NCBI GenBank assembly: GCA_963674705.1
Contig: OY771506.1
Coordinates: 5,440,001 to 5,504,000 of the forward strand
DNA: 64,000 bases
From: Phycisphaeraceae bacterium
GTDB lineage: Bacteria > Planctomycetota > Phycisphaerae > Phycisphaerales > Phycisphaeraceae
Direction: 5' to 3'
Shown piece by piece: positions 49,761-62,214 of this stretch; positions within the stretch are counted from its first letter, which is position 1; each line of letters starts with the position of its first letter. A program made the position numbers and the translations under genes. The notes below the pieces were generated by a model. That model was not told the origin of the DNA. It searched no databases and saw only the letters and a list, made by a program, of their open reading frames with translations.

Positions 49761-49762
49761 GA

Positions 49763-51166
49763 TTATTCTTCAGGATCGCCTTTCAGGAATACGTTGCGGT
49801 CCATCAGTTGGCGGACCTTGGCTTCTGCTTCGGCGAGCAATCGTTTTGCCTCGGGTTCGAGTGACTCGGCGTCATACACTTCGTTTTTCACCGCGTAGTC
49901 ATACAGAGCGATGACGGCTTCCTGCGTACGCGCTAATGCGAGGTTGTTGAACGGTGAAGAGGTGCGCAGCGGTACGTCCGGGGCCATGTTGATGAAGATG
50001 CGTCCGGCGGGCTGGCCGCTGAAGTATGGGTCCGGCTCGTCGTAGACTGGCAGGTCCCAGAACTCACGCACAGGCGTGATGATCGAGTTGGATCGGTACA
50101 ACTCCTCCGCCAGATCGCGATCAAGATACAGGTGCTTGGCGAACGCCCAGGAATCTTCAAAATCATCCGAAGCCTTGGCGATACCGAGCATCGTTCCGCC
50201 CATGACACCGGTACGTCGGCCGCCCTTTTCCCATGCAGGTAGCGGCATCAGTTTGAGTTTCCCGCTTAAGCCTTGCAGGTCGACCTTCCATGCGCCGGCC
50301 ATCCAGTCGGCCATCAGTTCGCAGACAACGCGGCCTTCAAGACGTAGGAAGTTGCCCGATGCAGTGAACGCAGGCGCATCGATTGCGATACGATCCGGGC
50401 CGACCATCCACGATACACATGTTGCGATCACATGCGCGTTGATGTCCGAATCGATCGTCGGCTCGAGGTTCTCATCGAACATGCCGCCACCGGCCTGCTG
50501 TAACAGCACCTCGATATGCCCGATGCCGCTATTCCATAGGAACAAGGGATACCGGTCGGCTTTGCCGTCGCCATCAAGGTCCTGCACAAGCGGGCGCGTC
50601 ACACGGGCGAAGTCTTCCCATGTCTCGATCGATTCCATGTCGATACCCGCTGCTTCGACGATGTCTGCACGGTATGCGAGCGCGACAGGATGTACATCGT
50701 GGGGCAGGCCGAAGATCCGTCCGCGACTCGTCCACGGGCTGAACGAGGCTTCGTTGATCCTCTCGTAGATCCCTTCTTCCTTGAGCCGATCGGTGAGATC
50801 GACAAAGCCGACATCTTCAATCGGTCCGGAGAACGCGAGGCACGCCATGTTGCGTTCGGCTTCGATGAGGTCGGCGACGGGTGTGCCTGAGAGGAAGCCG
50901 GCCATCAAGCGTTGACGCATGGCGGTGCCGTCAAGAAGATAACAGTTCACCGGTTCCGGGCAGTTCGGATCATCGTTCCATTCCTTGATGACACCCTGGT
51001 ACATCTGATGATGCACTCGGTAGAACGTCCACATCTCGAGCCCTTCTCGCTGCGGGACGCGCCACAACAAAATGACAGCGGTGGACACGATGGCGGTCGC
51101 CATCACGACCCATGCACCGGGAGAGAATCCCGTAGAGAACAACAGTTCTGACAGTCGGCGTTTCAT
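49763..51166 (-). CDS. Carbohydrate ABC transporter solute-binding protein (TM-anchored)
   Basis: DLTDRL, GRIFGLP.D, YRADI...AG, IETWEDF, GGT.L.I.K. Confidence 0.85.
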   Translation of the reverse strand: MKRRLSELLFSTGFSPGAWVVMATAIVSTAVILLWRVPQREGLEMWTFYRVHHQMYQGVIKEWNDDPNCPEPVNCYLLDGTAMRQRLMAGFLSGTPVADLIEAERNMACLAFSGPIEDVGFVDLTDRLKEEGIYERINEASFSPWTSRGRIFGLPHDVHPVALAYRADIVEAAGIDMESIETWEDFARVTRPLVQDLDGDGKADRYPLFLWNSGIGHIEVLLQQAGGGMFDENLEPTIDSDINAHVIATCVSWMVGPDRIAIDAPAFTASGNFLRLEGRVVCELMADWMAGAWKVDLQGLSGKLKLMPLPAWEKGGRRTGVMGGTMLGIAKASDDFEDSWAFAKHLYLDRDLAEELYRSNSIITPVREFWDLPVYDEPDPYFSGQPAGRIFINMAPDVPLRTSSPFNNLALARTQEAVIALYDYAVKNEVYDAESLEPEAKRLLAEAEAKVRQLMDRNVFLKGDPEE

Positions 51167-51197
51167 CTTGTCTTCGGCTTTGATTGCAGGCCGAACC

Positions 51198-53339
51198 TTA
51201 ACCCCGGACCTCAAACTCCAAGCTTAATGGCGAGGCGCCTCCAAGCGCGGCCGCGCGCGGGTCGGGCGAGCAACCGCCGACCCATATCGTGTAAGTACCT
51301 TCCAGATGTCGTGCGCTGCCGTCGGCGTGAACGGTTGCAAGCGACTGCGGATCAATCGACAAACTTAATTCGCATTGCTCGCCGGGCTTTAAGCTGACGC
51401 GCTGTATACCCGCAAGCGCATACTTCGGCACAGGTGCATCACCCTGCGGAACTTTTACATAAATCTGCACGACCTCATCGGAGGTTATCGCGCCGGAATT
51501 TTTCACTTCGACATTCAGTGCGATCGAGTAACCACATTTTGGTTTTACATTTTTCAGTGCTAGTTCGCTGTACTCGAATGTGGTGTAGCTTAACCCGAAG
51601 CCAAACGGATAGAGCGGCTCAGCGGTTGCGTAACGGTACGTCCGCCCGTTCATCGAATAATCATCGAACGGCGGCAGGTCGTCGACGGAATTCGGCACGG
51701 TGACCGGCAAACGCCCGGATGGACTCACATCGCCGAACAACACATCCGCCACCGCAGCCCCGCCCTGCTCGCCCGGGTACCAGACCTGCAATACCGCATC
51801 GGCAAGCTCGTGTTCTTCAGTGATCGATATCGCAGAACCGCCGGTTAAGACAAGCACAACAGGGGTACCTAAGCCGGTGATTTTGCGGATGAATTGACGC
51901 TGACAATCCGGCAGGCCTAACGAATCGCGGTCGCCAGCCAAAGGCGAAGCGATTGTGTCCCCTTCTTCGCCTTCGATGATCGGCGATAAGCCCATCACCG
52001 CGATAACGATATCCGACTGCTTTACGTCGTAGCGTATGACATCAACCGGGCTGCTGTTTTCTTTATCCAATTGACAGGACATCCGGTACGCCACGGTGAC
52101 ACCTTCGCCGGCCGCATCGCAGATGCCTTCAAGGATCGTAGTCATGTTGCCTGAGATGCCGTGGTAGTTACCCATCAGCACATCCATGTTCGAAGCGTTC
52201 GGCCCAACGACCAGCACACGCTTGATGTTTTGCCTGAGCGGCAGTGTTCCGTGACGATTCTTCAGCAGCACGATTGATTTTGCTGCCGATTCGCGCGCCA
52301 GTTCGCGATGCTTTTCGCAATTCACAACACCCATCGATGTCTGTGCAAACGGCACACGCTCAGGCGGATCGAACATCCCGAGCTTGAAGCGTGTCTCCAG
52401 CAAACGGCGCAGACTGCGATCGATATCCTGCTCGGTCAGCAAGCCTTGTTCAATGGCGTTGTTCAGTTCCGCGTAAGCACAGCCACAATTCAGGTCGCAA
52501 CCGGCCTTGACCGCCAGCGCCGCGGCTTCCGCCAGCGTATTTACTATCTTGTGGTTTTCGTGGATATCTCTCACCGCCCAGCAGTCGGAAACGACGTGGC
52601 CTTTGAATCCCCATGCTCCCCGCAGCGTATCGACAAGCAGCGTCTGGCTGGCACATGCGGCTTCGCCGTTGACGCGATTGTACGCCCCCATCACCGCTTC
52701 GACACCCGTATCCACCAGCGCTTTGAACGCGGGCAGATAGGTCTCGGTCATGTCTTTCGGATTTGCAATCGCATCGAAGTGATGCCGATCTTTCTCCGGC
52801 CCGCTGTGTACCGCGAAGTGTTTGGCACATGCGGCAGCCTTGAGATAGCTCGGGTCATCTCCCTGTAAACCCTGCACGAACGCGATACCGATCTGCGATG
52901 TCAGGTACGGGTCTTCACCGTAGGTCTCCTGCCCCCGCCCCCAGCGCGGATCGCGGAAGATGTTGATATTCGGCGTCCAGAACGTCAGACCACGATAGAT
53001 ACCGCGATTACCCTGACGTGAAGCTTCATGATGTTTGGCACGCCCCTCGTCTGCAACAACAGAAGCAACCTGCTTGATCAGTTTGGGATCAAACGTCGCC
53101 GCCATGCCGATGGCCTGCGGGAACACGGTCGCCCGTCCGGCACGCGAGATGCCATGGAGGCACTCGTTCCACCAATTGTATTCAGGGATGCCTAACCGCT
53201 CGATCGCTTCGGCGTTATAGAGCAACTGCCCGCATTTTTCTGCAAGCGTCAATCGACCCATCAGGTCGTTGATCCGCTGATCTCTTGGCAGATCGGGGTC
53301 CAGGTAGGCTTCGGCCTGCGCCGGCGAGTCGCTGCTCAT
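51198..53339 (-). CDS. Glycoside hydrolase family 3 (beta-xylosidase/beta-glucosidase type) with Fn3-like C-terminus
   Basis: WWNECLHG, WGRGQETYGEDP, KHFAVHSGPE, VSDC nucleophile, WYPGEQGG, YPFGFGLSY; start at ATG 53339. Confidence 0.93.
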   Translation of the reverse strand: MSSDSPAQAEAYLDPDLPRDQRINDLMGRLTLAEKCGQLLYNAEAIERLGIPEYNWWNECLHGISRAGRATVFPQAIGMAATFDPKLIKQVASVVADEGRAKHHEASRQGNRGIYRGLTFWTPNINIFRDPRWGRGQETYGEDPYLTSQIGIAFVQGLQGDDPSYLKAAACAKHFAVHSGPEKDRHHFDAIANPKDMTETYLPAFKALVDTGVEAVMGAYNRVNGEAACASQTLLVDTLRGAWGFKGHVVSDCWAVRDIHENHKIVNTLAEAAALAVKAGCDLNCGCAYAELNNAIEQGLLTEQDIDRSLRRLLETRFKLGMFDPPERVPFAQTSMGVVNCEKHRELARESAAKSIVLLKNRHGTLPLRQNIKRVLVVGPNASNMDVLMGNYHGISGNMTTILEGICDAAGEGVTVAYRMSCQLDKENSSPVDVIRYDVKQSDIVIAVMGLSPIIEGEEGDTIASPLAGDRDSLGLPDCQRQFIRKITGLGTPVVLVLTGGSAISITEEHELADAVLQVWYPGEQGGAAVADVLFGDVSPSGRLPVTVPNSVDDLPPFDDYSMNGRTYRYATAEPLYPFGFGLSYTTFEYSELALKNVKPKCGYSIALNVEVKNSGAITSDEVVQIYVKVPQGDAPVPKYALAGIQRVSLKPGEQCELSLSIDPQSLATVHADGSARHLEGTYTIWVGGCSPDPRAAALGGASPLSLEFEVRG

Positions 53340-53343
53340 CGGA

Positions 53344-55272
53344 TCAATGCTCCATCTTCTGGCGCTGGACCTGGCCCGGCACATTCGCGGGGGGATCGAT
53401 TGAACCGTTGCGGTGCTTTTCATCGAGCTTCAACAGCTCGAAGAAGGTGTACGCATCTAAGAAGCGCACACGATCTGTTTTATCCGCTTCTTTCACGAGT
53501 TTCATCACTTCCGCGTGCCAGCTCGGTCGTTGCAGAACGCTACGGAACATCAGGAACTGTGTAGGCGAATCGTCCAGTTGCTTGAGGATATGGTCCGCCG
53601 CGTCGCGTGGGCTGTTGCTGATGTCGGCCTGGTGTTTGACGTAAGGCAATACGCCGCGGTGCAGTCCACGCTGCCCACAATTCCAATGACAAACGACGCC
53701 GTCCGGACTGAAACGCATGTACTCGTCCATCCCCCGTTCACCTATGCCGGATGATAATCCGTCGATGATGAAACCCGTGATGGTCAGATCGTAACGTTCG
53801 TAATAAGCCTGGTTGTATGCTACCCATTTATCCCAGCCGTCGGGTATGTCCGCATCGAGGCGCGGCGCCGTAAGCATAGATGGATTGAGATAGCCGGCGC
53901 CGTTGTCACCGCTGATAAACCAGTCGTTGGGCGACTGATGCGTGCGGACGTAATGCATCACGTGAGGTGCACGCCGATCAAGATTAGGGTTAAAGGCCCA
54001 GTTGCAGGTGATCTTGCCGTGCTGCTCGTCCGCCCAGAGCTCAGGCACGTGGCGATTGAACCATGCGGCCGCGTCATAATCCCCCATGTAGAGCATGATG
54101 TACGACTTTTCCGCAACCTTGCCGTCCTCGTCGATCAAACCAGCCAATTCAATGTCTGCTCGGCGTGGCCTGGGATTCTGCGGGTAGTGTTTTTTCAGTG
54201 GGAAGTGCTGGTAGAACGAAGCATTAGTCATTCCGGAATAACCTAGCGCATCGGCATCAATGAAACCGTTATAGGCGGAGACTTCCTTGACGAACTTCCA
54301 TTCCGACTCTACGCCGTCGTGCTTTGAACCGGACCCTTTATAGTCTGTGTACTTCCATGCCCAGGGCGTAAACCCACCGATGTGGATGATCCCGCCATCG
54401 GCGTGGTCGTACATCGAGCGCATCAATTCGCGCAGCGTCCTGACATCCGTGCCCACCGGCTGATCAGGCTCATCGATGGGAGACTCTTCCTCCCAAACGT
54501 TCAGGTCCATGAAGAGCGCGGCATGCGAGATGAAGAAGTCGTGGTTGGTCAATGTGCAATTGGAAAGCTCGCTCTTGGTCGGCGCGGTCAGCCAGAAGCT
54601 GTCGATGTAGTAAGCCATGTACTGCTTGGACACCTTGTGCGTATCCAGGTAATGCTTTTTCAACCAGAGATAGGCCTGGCGCTTGGTGCTGCCGGTGGGA
54701 TCGGGCTCCATATCTTTGAGCCAGATCGGTTTGCCATGTTTGTCGAACAGCTCGAAGCGGTCGGCAACAAAGTTTTCACCTGTTTCGAGCACACGCCGAT
54801 AGAGCGAGCCGGGCGTCTGGTCGTAACGGATCGCGGCCCGGTTTTCGACTCCCGCAATGGTGCTGGCCAGATTAGAACCAACCCAAGGTTCTTCCCGATA
54901 CACCACCAGTCCATTTAATGAGCCAGCAAAATGCGATAACAGATCCTCGATCGAATCGATCTGAGTCACATCCCGCCCGGCCAGCCAGCCGTGCTCATTA
55001 CGCAGGTAATCCCACCAGAAGTCATCAGGGTTGGGCATAAACCTTATATAGAGTTTCGGCCCCTCCCGATTGACGATCCCCTGTACCGAGGCTGCGAGGT
55101 GCAAAGTATCCCAAGCCTCACGGGCTGAACGGGGATCCTTCAGGTCCAGATCATTGAGATAGGTGAGGTCCAGATACACGATGGCCGAGTCATCGCTGTG
55201 GCCGGTTGCATCGGATTCACTCACAAATACTGAATGGCTTGTAACTTGTAACATCAGCAGGATAATGACCAT
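53344..55272 (-). CDS. GxGYxYP-family putative glycoside hydrolase
   Basis: ASVQGIVNR..P.LY, TIAG, NASF..H, YMGDYD, GAGYLNP (GxGYxxP). Confidence 0.75.
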   Translation of the reverse strand: MVIILLMLQVTSHSVFVSESDATGHSDDSAIVYLDLTYLNDLDLKDPRSAREAWDTLHLAASVQGIVNREGPKLYIRFMPNPDDFWWDYLRNEHGWLAGRDVTQIDSIEDLLSHFAGSLNGLVVYREEPWVGSNLASTIAGVENRAAIRYDQTPGSLYRRVLETGENFVADRFELFDKHGKPIWLKDMEPDPTGSTKRQAYLWLKKHYLDTHKVSKQYMAYYIDSFWLTAPTKSELSNCTLTNHDFFISHAALFMDLNVWEEESPIDEPDQPVGTDVRTLRELMRSMYDHADGGIIHIGGFTPWAWKYTDYKGSGSKHDGVESEWKFVKEVSAYNGFIDADALGYSGMTNASFYQHFPLKKHYPQNPRPRRADIELAGLIDEDGKVAEKSYIMLYMGDYDAAAWFNRHVPELWADEQHGKITCNWAFNPNLDRRAPHVMHYVRTHQSPNDWFISGDNGAGYLNPSMLTAPRLDADIPDGWDKWVAYNQAYYERYDLTITGFIIDGLSSGIGERGMDEYMRFSPDGVVCHWNCGQRGLHRGVLPYVKHQADISNSPRDAADHILKQLDDSPTQFLMFRSVLQRPSWHAEVMKLVKEADKTDRVRFLDAYTFFELLKLDEKHRNGSIDPPANVPGQVQRQKMEH

Positions 55273-55431
55273 CTCTGAAGAACCAGACTATTGAAGCGAG
55301 CAAATACAATTGCTACACTAGCTTCATCAGTGTATCAAGAGTATGCCCTAAGTGCGAGTCCTTTTTCTCATAAACACTTGGAAGGACACGGCCAGCCGGT
55401 CTGCGGGCCACATTGAGAGCGAGGGAACCAA

Positions 55432-56781
55432 GTGAAAACGCAACGATATACCAGCACGTTAGCGTGCCTGGCAGCCCTGACTCTGATCCTGTTATCGGCC
55501 GAAGCCACCTGCGCGAATGGCGAAAAACTGATGGGCATCCATTGGTGGGATTACGGCGGGGCTGGACAGGTCGGTGACGGACCCGATGGCGGATGGGATC
55601 TTGAAACCATCATCACCCACTCAGACCCCTGGTGGCAGGCCCCCTACTTCGCGCCGTTGTATTCGGAGTTAGTCGACAATCACAGCGTCTCAATGATCAC
55701 CCGCATTGATTACAACTGGGGCGAAACCGTCCCCGCGCCGACCAATCCCGACGCCGTGACCTGGCATCAGACCATTATCAATGATGTGATCGGTTCACTC
55801 GGTGACAATGCGCATATCTGGATCATCGGAAACGAACCGAACATCATTGGAGAAGGCAATAACTGGGTCGACAATAAGGTCACGCCCGCAGGTTATGCTC
55901 AGATCTATAACCAGGTGCGGTCTGCGATCAAGGCGATTAGACCAGATGATGAGGTGCTGCTTGCTCCGGTCAGCCCCGGTGGCGTCATCGCCGGTGTGCG
56001 ATGGATGGATGGCAATCAATGGCTATCAGAAACAATCCAAGAAGTGATGGCGATCCCAGGCGCAGACATCGACGGCTTTGCGATCCACGCCTACGGCGGA
56101 CAGACGACCGCCACAGCCGCTGCCAGTCAGTTCCGCAACAGCTACGCCGAGCAACTTGGCGTCATTGATAATGCGGGCTTCGAAGATACACCGGTCTATC
56201 TCACTGAATGGAACCGTTACACAAGTATCGCGGGAGATCCAACAGTCACTGAGGCCATTTCTGCAGAATTCCTGCGGCTTGCCGTTCAGGGTGTTGATGA
56301 ATGGAACAAAACGGATGGTAAACACAACATCAAGGCTTTGACTTGGTTCGTCGGGAACAAAGATTATGGCGGCTGGGACGAGTATTCGCTGGAATACTGG
56401 CGAACTCATGGCAATCCCGAGGGCACGCCGGGCGATCTCTGGACCGCGATGATGGACAGCATGCAATACAGCGCCGGTATCACCGGGACGTACCACACAC
56501 CTCAGCACGGCGATGCCGATGGCGACTTCGATGTCGATCTGGATGACTATAACATCCTTGCTTTGAACTGGGGCACAACCACCACATTCGGCGCCGCCGC
56601 GGGTGACTTCGATAATAACGGACTTGTCGAAAACTATGATTACCGGATTCTGAAAGCATTCTTCGGCACGGGTGTCGAAGATCAAAGCCTGCAGCTACCG
56701 GCGATGATCCCGGAGCCGGGTACACTTACCGCAATGTCGTTCATCCTCACATTTATGCAACGCTGGCGTACCGCACGCTGA
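55432..56781 (+). CDS. PEP-CTERM-anchored clan GH-A glycoside hydrolase-like protein with dockerin-like tandem
   Basis: Signal peptide; IIGNEPN, FAIHAY, YLTEWN; GDADGDFDVDLDD / GDFDNNG; IPEP tail. Confidence 0.75.
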   Translation: MKTQRYTSTLACLAALTLILLSAEATCANGEKLMGIHWWDYGGAGQVGDGPDGGWDLETIITHSDPWWQAPYFAPLYSELVDNHSVSMITRIDYNWGETVPAPTNPDAVTWHQTIINDVIGSLGDNAHIWIIGNEPNIIGEGNNWVDNKVTPAGYAQIYNQVRSAIKAIRPDDEVLLAPVSPGGVIAGVRWMDGNQWLSETIQEVMAIPGADIDGFAIHAYGGQTTATAAASQFRNSYAEQLGVIDNAGFEDTPVYLTEWNRYTSIAGDPTVTEAISAEFLRLAVQGVDEWNKTDGKHNIKALTWFVGNKDYGGWDEYSLEYWRTHGNPEGTPGDLWTAMMDSMQYSAGITGTYHTPQHGDADGDFDVDLDDYNILALNWGTTTTFGAAAGDFDNNGLVENYDYRILKAFFGTGVEDQSLQLPAMIPEPGTLTAMSFILTFMQRWRTAR

Positions 56782-56798
56782 AGATAAGAGAAAATTCC

Positions 56799-57893
56799 AT
56801 GAATCAATCTAATGGTTTGTTCTGCCACCTTGGTAACATCCATCAACTGTCCAAAGCCAAGTCGCGCTCGATCAGTGCCGAAAATCCCACCGGCGAAAAA
56901 GGCAAAGGCGCGATGTGTGAGTTGGGTGAAGGCATCAGCTCCAACTCCGCTGTCGACCTTGGCAAAGGCTGGAAGGTCAATCCCGCAATCAGGATTGAGC
57001 CCGGCGAAACGAAAACCATCGCCGATATCTCAGGCCCCGGCGCCATTCAACAGATCTGGATGACGCCAACCTATCACTTCCGCTTCATGATCCTGCGCAT
57101 CTACTGGGACGATCAGCAGCAGCCCAGCGTCGAATGCCCGATCGGCGACTTCTTCGCTTGTGGCTGGAATGAATTCGCACAAGTCAGTTCGTTGGCGGTC
57201 TGCGTGAATCCGGGCAGCGCGTTCAATTGCTACTGGCCCATGCCTTTCCACAAAAAGTGCAGGATGACCGTCGAAAACATCGGCCACGAATTCTCGATCC
57301 TGTATTATCAGATCAACTATGCGCTCAACGATGTACCGGAAGATGCCGCATACTTCCACGCACAGTTCCGCCGCGTTAATCCCCTGCCTTACAAAGATGT
57401 TTACACCATCGTCGACGGCATCAAAGGGCAGGGTCAGTACGTCGGAACGTACATGGCATGGGGTGTGAATAACAACGGCTGGTGGGGTGAGGGTGAGATC
57501 AAGTTCTACATGGACGGTGACGGCGAATTCCCCACCATCTGCGGCACCGGCACGGAAGATTACTTCTGTGGTTCGTACAACTTCGAGAACCAGAAGACAC
57601 ATCAATACCAGGAATTCACCACGCCTTATGCAGGCATGCCGCAGGTTATACGACCTGACGGCGTATACAGAGCGCAGCAGCGTTTCGGTTTGTACCGTTG
57701 GCATATTACCGACCCGATACGCTTCGAAAGTGATCTGCGCGTCACGATCCAGGCATTGGGTTGGCGCACCAACGGTTACCAGCGTTACCTGCCGCTTCAG
57801 GACGACATCGCTTCAGTAGCGTTCTGGTATCAGACGCTACCCACAGTCACGTTCCCCGAGCTGCCGCACCGCGATCAGCTCGAAGTCATCTGA
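56799..57893 (+). CDS. Glycoside hydrolase family 172 (DUF2961)
   Basis: SRSISAENPTGEKG, GPGAIQQIWMT, P.GDFF, NCYWPMPF, WWGEGE.KF..DGD, GTGTEDYF, YRWH..DPI.F. Confidence 0.92.
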   Translation: MNQSNGLFCHLGNIHQLSKAKSRSISAENPTGEKGKGAMCELGEGISSNSAVDLGKGWKVNPAIRIEPGETKTIADISGPGAIQQIWMTPTYHFRFMILRIYWDDQQQPSVECPIGDFFACGWNEFAQVSSLAVCVNPGSAFNCYWPMPFHKKCRMTVENIGHEFSILYYQINYALNDVPEDAAYFHAQFRRVNPLPYKDVYTIVDGIKGQGQYVGTYMAWGVNNNGWWGEGEIKFYMDGDGEFPTICGTGTEDYFCGSYNFENQKTHQYQEFTTPYAGMPQVIRPDGVYRAQQRFGLYRWHITDPIRFESDLRVTIQALGWRTNGYQRYLPLQDDIASVAFWYQTLPTVTFPELPHRDQLEVI

Positions 57894-57924
57894 ACCGTTT
57901 TATGGTTTTTGGGCAGGAGATGTT

Positions 57925-58728
57925 ATGTCAGTCACAATTGAAGAGTCGGAGAAGTTAGCCTACGACAGGCAAGGCTATTACATGGTCGACAAACCCGTGC
58001 TGCCGCGAGAGGATGTCGACGCAGCGGTCAAAGGCATGGATGCTGTGCGAAACGGCGAGTACGAAACCGGTGATTCGCCGGCCCCCTCGCCTTGGAATCC
58101 GGGCGACGATCCGAAAAAACTCTGCAAAATCGAAATGCCACAGATCAGCGATCTTTCGATCCGCAAACTCATCAGCAGTCCGATCCTCGGCGAATGGGCC
58201 GCGAAAATCACGGGGGCGAAGATGATCCAGGTATGGTGGGTGCAACTGCTTTACAAGCCGTCACTCCCCGAAGGCGCGCCAACCCCGACGAACGTCGGCT
58301 GGCATCAGGATATGCAGTACTGGGTTGAATGGCAGACGGACAGTGAGTTGTTCACCGCTTGGGTTGCTCTATCCGACGTGTCCGAAGAAGCGGGCCCGAT
58401 GATTTTCGTGCCCGGCTCTCACAAATGGGGCATGACCGAAGGCGGCGACTTCTTCGATCAGAACATCGACGCACAGAAAAGTGCATACAAGATTCCCGAA
58501 GGTGAATCATGGACCGAGGTCAAGGATGTGCTGCCGGCAGGCGGTTTCAGTTTCCACCATTGCCACACGGTTCACGGCAGCGGCGCAAACCACAGTGGCG
58601 GCCCGCGACGCAGTTTCGCGATCCACCTGCGCACTGAGAACTCGACACTCAATCCGGATAAAGAGCGTATCCTGACCCGATTCATCGATGATGAAACGCT
58701 GTGCCCTGTGATTTACGGCAAACGTTAA
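57925..58728 (+). CDS. PhyH-family Fe(II)/2-oxoglutarate dioxygenase
   Basis: WHQD (HxD), WVAL.D, G...VPGSH, distal H in HGSGAN, RR. Confidence 0.9.
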   Translation: MSVTIEESEKLAYDRQGYYMVDKPVLPREDVDAAVKGMDAVRNGEYETGDSPAPSPWNPGDDPKKLCKIEMPQISDLSIRKLISSPILGEWAAKITGAKMIQVWWVQLLYKPSLPEGAPTPTNVGWHQDMQYWVEWQTDSELFTAWVALSDVSEEAGPMIFVPGSHKWGMTEGGDFFDQNIDAQKSAYKIPEGESWTEVKDVLPAGGFSFHHCHTVHGSGANHSGGPRRSFAIHLRTENSTLNPDKERILTRFIDDETLCPVIYGKR

Positions 58729-58761
58729 GGCAATGATTGAGAAGGTAGAATAAAGAGCACA

Positions 58762-60472
<1,711 letters not shown>

Positions 60473-60646
60473 CTGCAATACCACAATTACCCGCCTTACC
60501 ATGAAGCGTCTTGCGGCTCAGCGAATAATACGGAAAACCCTCAGTTATAAGCACCGATTTAGACAGATTGTTAATAAAACACGTGAATTGATCACAACCC
60601 GTGTGGTAAACTCGTAAAGTCCGGCCGCACACTTGGGAGATTGAAG

Positions 60647-62176
60647 ATGTATCCTGCCAACGGCATTCGTACCTGGGCCCGGTCTCTGCTTGTTTTTACG
60701 TTGGTTATCTGCACGAGTCTTTGCATAAGCAGCGTGAAAGCCGACACGTTCCACGGGATGAACGCCGGCGCGGTCGTCTGGAACGGCTCTATCGAACTCA
60801 CGCCGGAAAAAGCCAACGCTATCGCCGCCACAGGCACCAACGCGATACGCATCAACTTCCGTATCGACTGGCAGGCTGGGCATACCGGCTGGGATAGCGC
60901 TCTACTCACACAGTACGACCAGATCATCGCCAACGCCACCAATGCCGGGCTCGAAGTGCTCGGTCTGTGGTCCAACGAAACCGTGTATGCCAACCAGGCA
61001 ACCTGGAACGACGATCCGACCGGCACGGGCATGAACGCCTACGTGGGCATGTTCTCGCAGAACGCGCTTCTGCTTGCAGATCGTTACAAAGACACGATCA
61101 AGACATGGGAAGTCACTAACGAGCCCAACGCATGGGCTTTCGCCGATCCGGCATACAGCGATCCGAAAACCGTCGGCGGAACGTACATTCTCCCCTCCGT
61201 CTACGCCAACATCCTTGCTGAGACCTACAAAGAACTGAACTACTACGACGGCCGAAGCATCCTTGATGACAATGGCATCCGTCTGATGACCGGCGGCTTG
61301 CTCGCACACGACATCGGTGGCGGTTTTTCCACCGCCATGCCCTACATGCAGCAGGTCTACAACCAGGACCAGGTCTGGGACGACTTCCTGGCGGATACCG
61401 GCCGACAATACGCGTGGGACCTGTTCGGCTATCACTTCTACATCAGCCAGGGCAGCCTGTTAACCGAAACGCAATTGAATAACTACTTCAACGCTGTGCG
61501 CAATACGCAAACAGCCAATGGCGACTCGAGCGATATCTCCGTTACCGAATGGGGCTGGCAAACCGTCGGCACCAATACCCAGGAATTGCAACGCGACAAC
61601 ATGGCGACCGGCTACGACGTAATGGAAAGTAAAAGTTATATCGATAGCACCTATTGGTATCAGTGGGTCGATGAGTCAGCAGGCAACTGGGGTGTAAACA
61701 CGATCAGCGGCACCCCCAAACTCTCCTACTATGAATTCAGCGACCGTAACACCGCCGGCCCCGAACTTCCCGGCGACTTCGACCTGGACGGCTTCCTCGA
61801 TGCTGACGATATCGACCTGCTCTTTGCGAACCTGGGCAATCCTTCCTACGACCTGAACAACGACGGCAATGCTGATACGTTCGATGTGCGTTACCTTGTG
61901 CGTACCCTGATGAATACCGAGTACGGAGATGCCGACCTCGACGGCGATGTGGATATCCAGGATTACAACCTCATCGCCTTGGGTTATGGCGACAGCGGGG
62001 GCTGGGCAAACGGGGACTTCTCCGGCAACGGGGCTGTAAACAGCTCGGACCTGACCATCCTGAAAATTTTCTTCGGTTTCCAGTCCACAACCCCGAGTTT
62101 GGCAATACCCGAACCCGCCTCGATCGTTATACTTTCAACGATCACGTTGCTCGCGAGCAGGTCGCGGCAACACTAA
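60647..62176 (+). CDS. PEP-CTERM-anchored clan GH-A (GH5-like) glycoside hydrolase with dockerin-like repeats
   Basis: Signal peptide; RINF, WEV.NEPN, GYHFY, VTEWGW; several DxxxDG Ca-loops; IPEPAS tail. Confidence 0.78.
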   Translation: MYPANGIRTWARSLLVFTLVICTSLCISSVKADTFHGMNAGAVVWNGSIELTPEKANAIAATGTNAIRINFRIDWQAGHTGWDSALLTQYDQIIANATNAGLEVLGLWSNETVYANQATWNDDPTGTGMNAYVGMFSQNALLLADRYKDTIKTWEVTNEPNAWAFADPAYSDPKTVGGTYILPSVYANILAETYKELNYYDGRSILDDNGIRLMTGGLLAHDIGGGFSTAMPYMQQVYNQDQVWDDFLADTGRQYAWDLFGYHFYISQGSLLTETQLNNYFNAVRNTQTANGDSSDISVTEWGWQTVGTNTQELQRDNMATGYDVMESKSYIDSTYWYQWVDESAGNWGVNTISGTPKLSYYEFSDRNTAGPELPGDFDLDGFLDADDIDLLFANLGNPSYDLNNDGNADTFDVRYLVRTLMNTEYGDADLDGDVDIQDYNLIALGYGDSGGWANGDFSGNGAVNSSDLTILKIFFGFQSTTPSLAIPEPASIVILSTITLLASRSRQH

Positions 62177-62214
62177 GCCCACCCGTTTCACCCAATAATT
62201 TAAGAACGCATACG

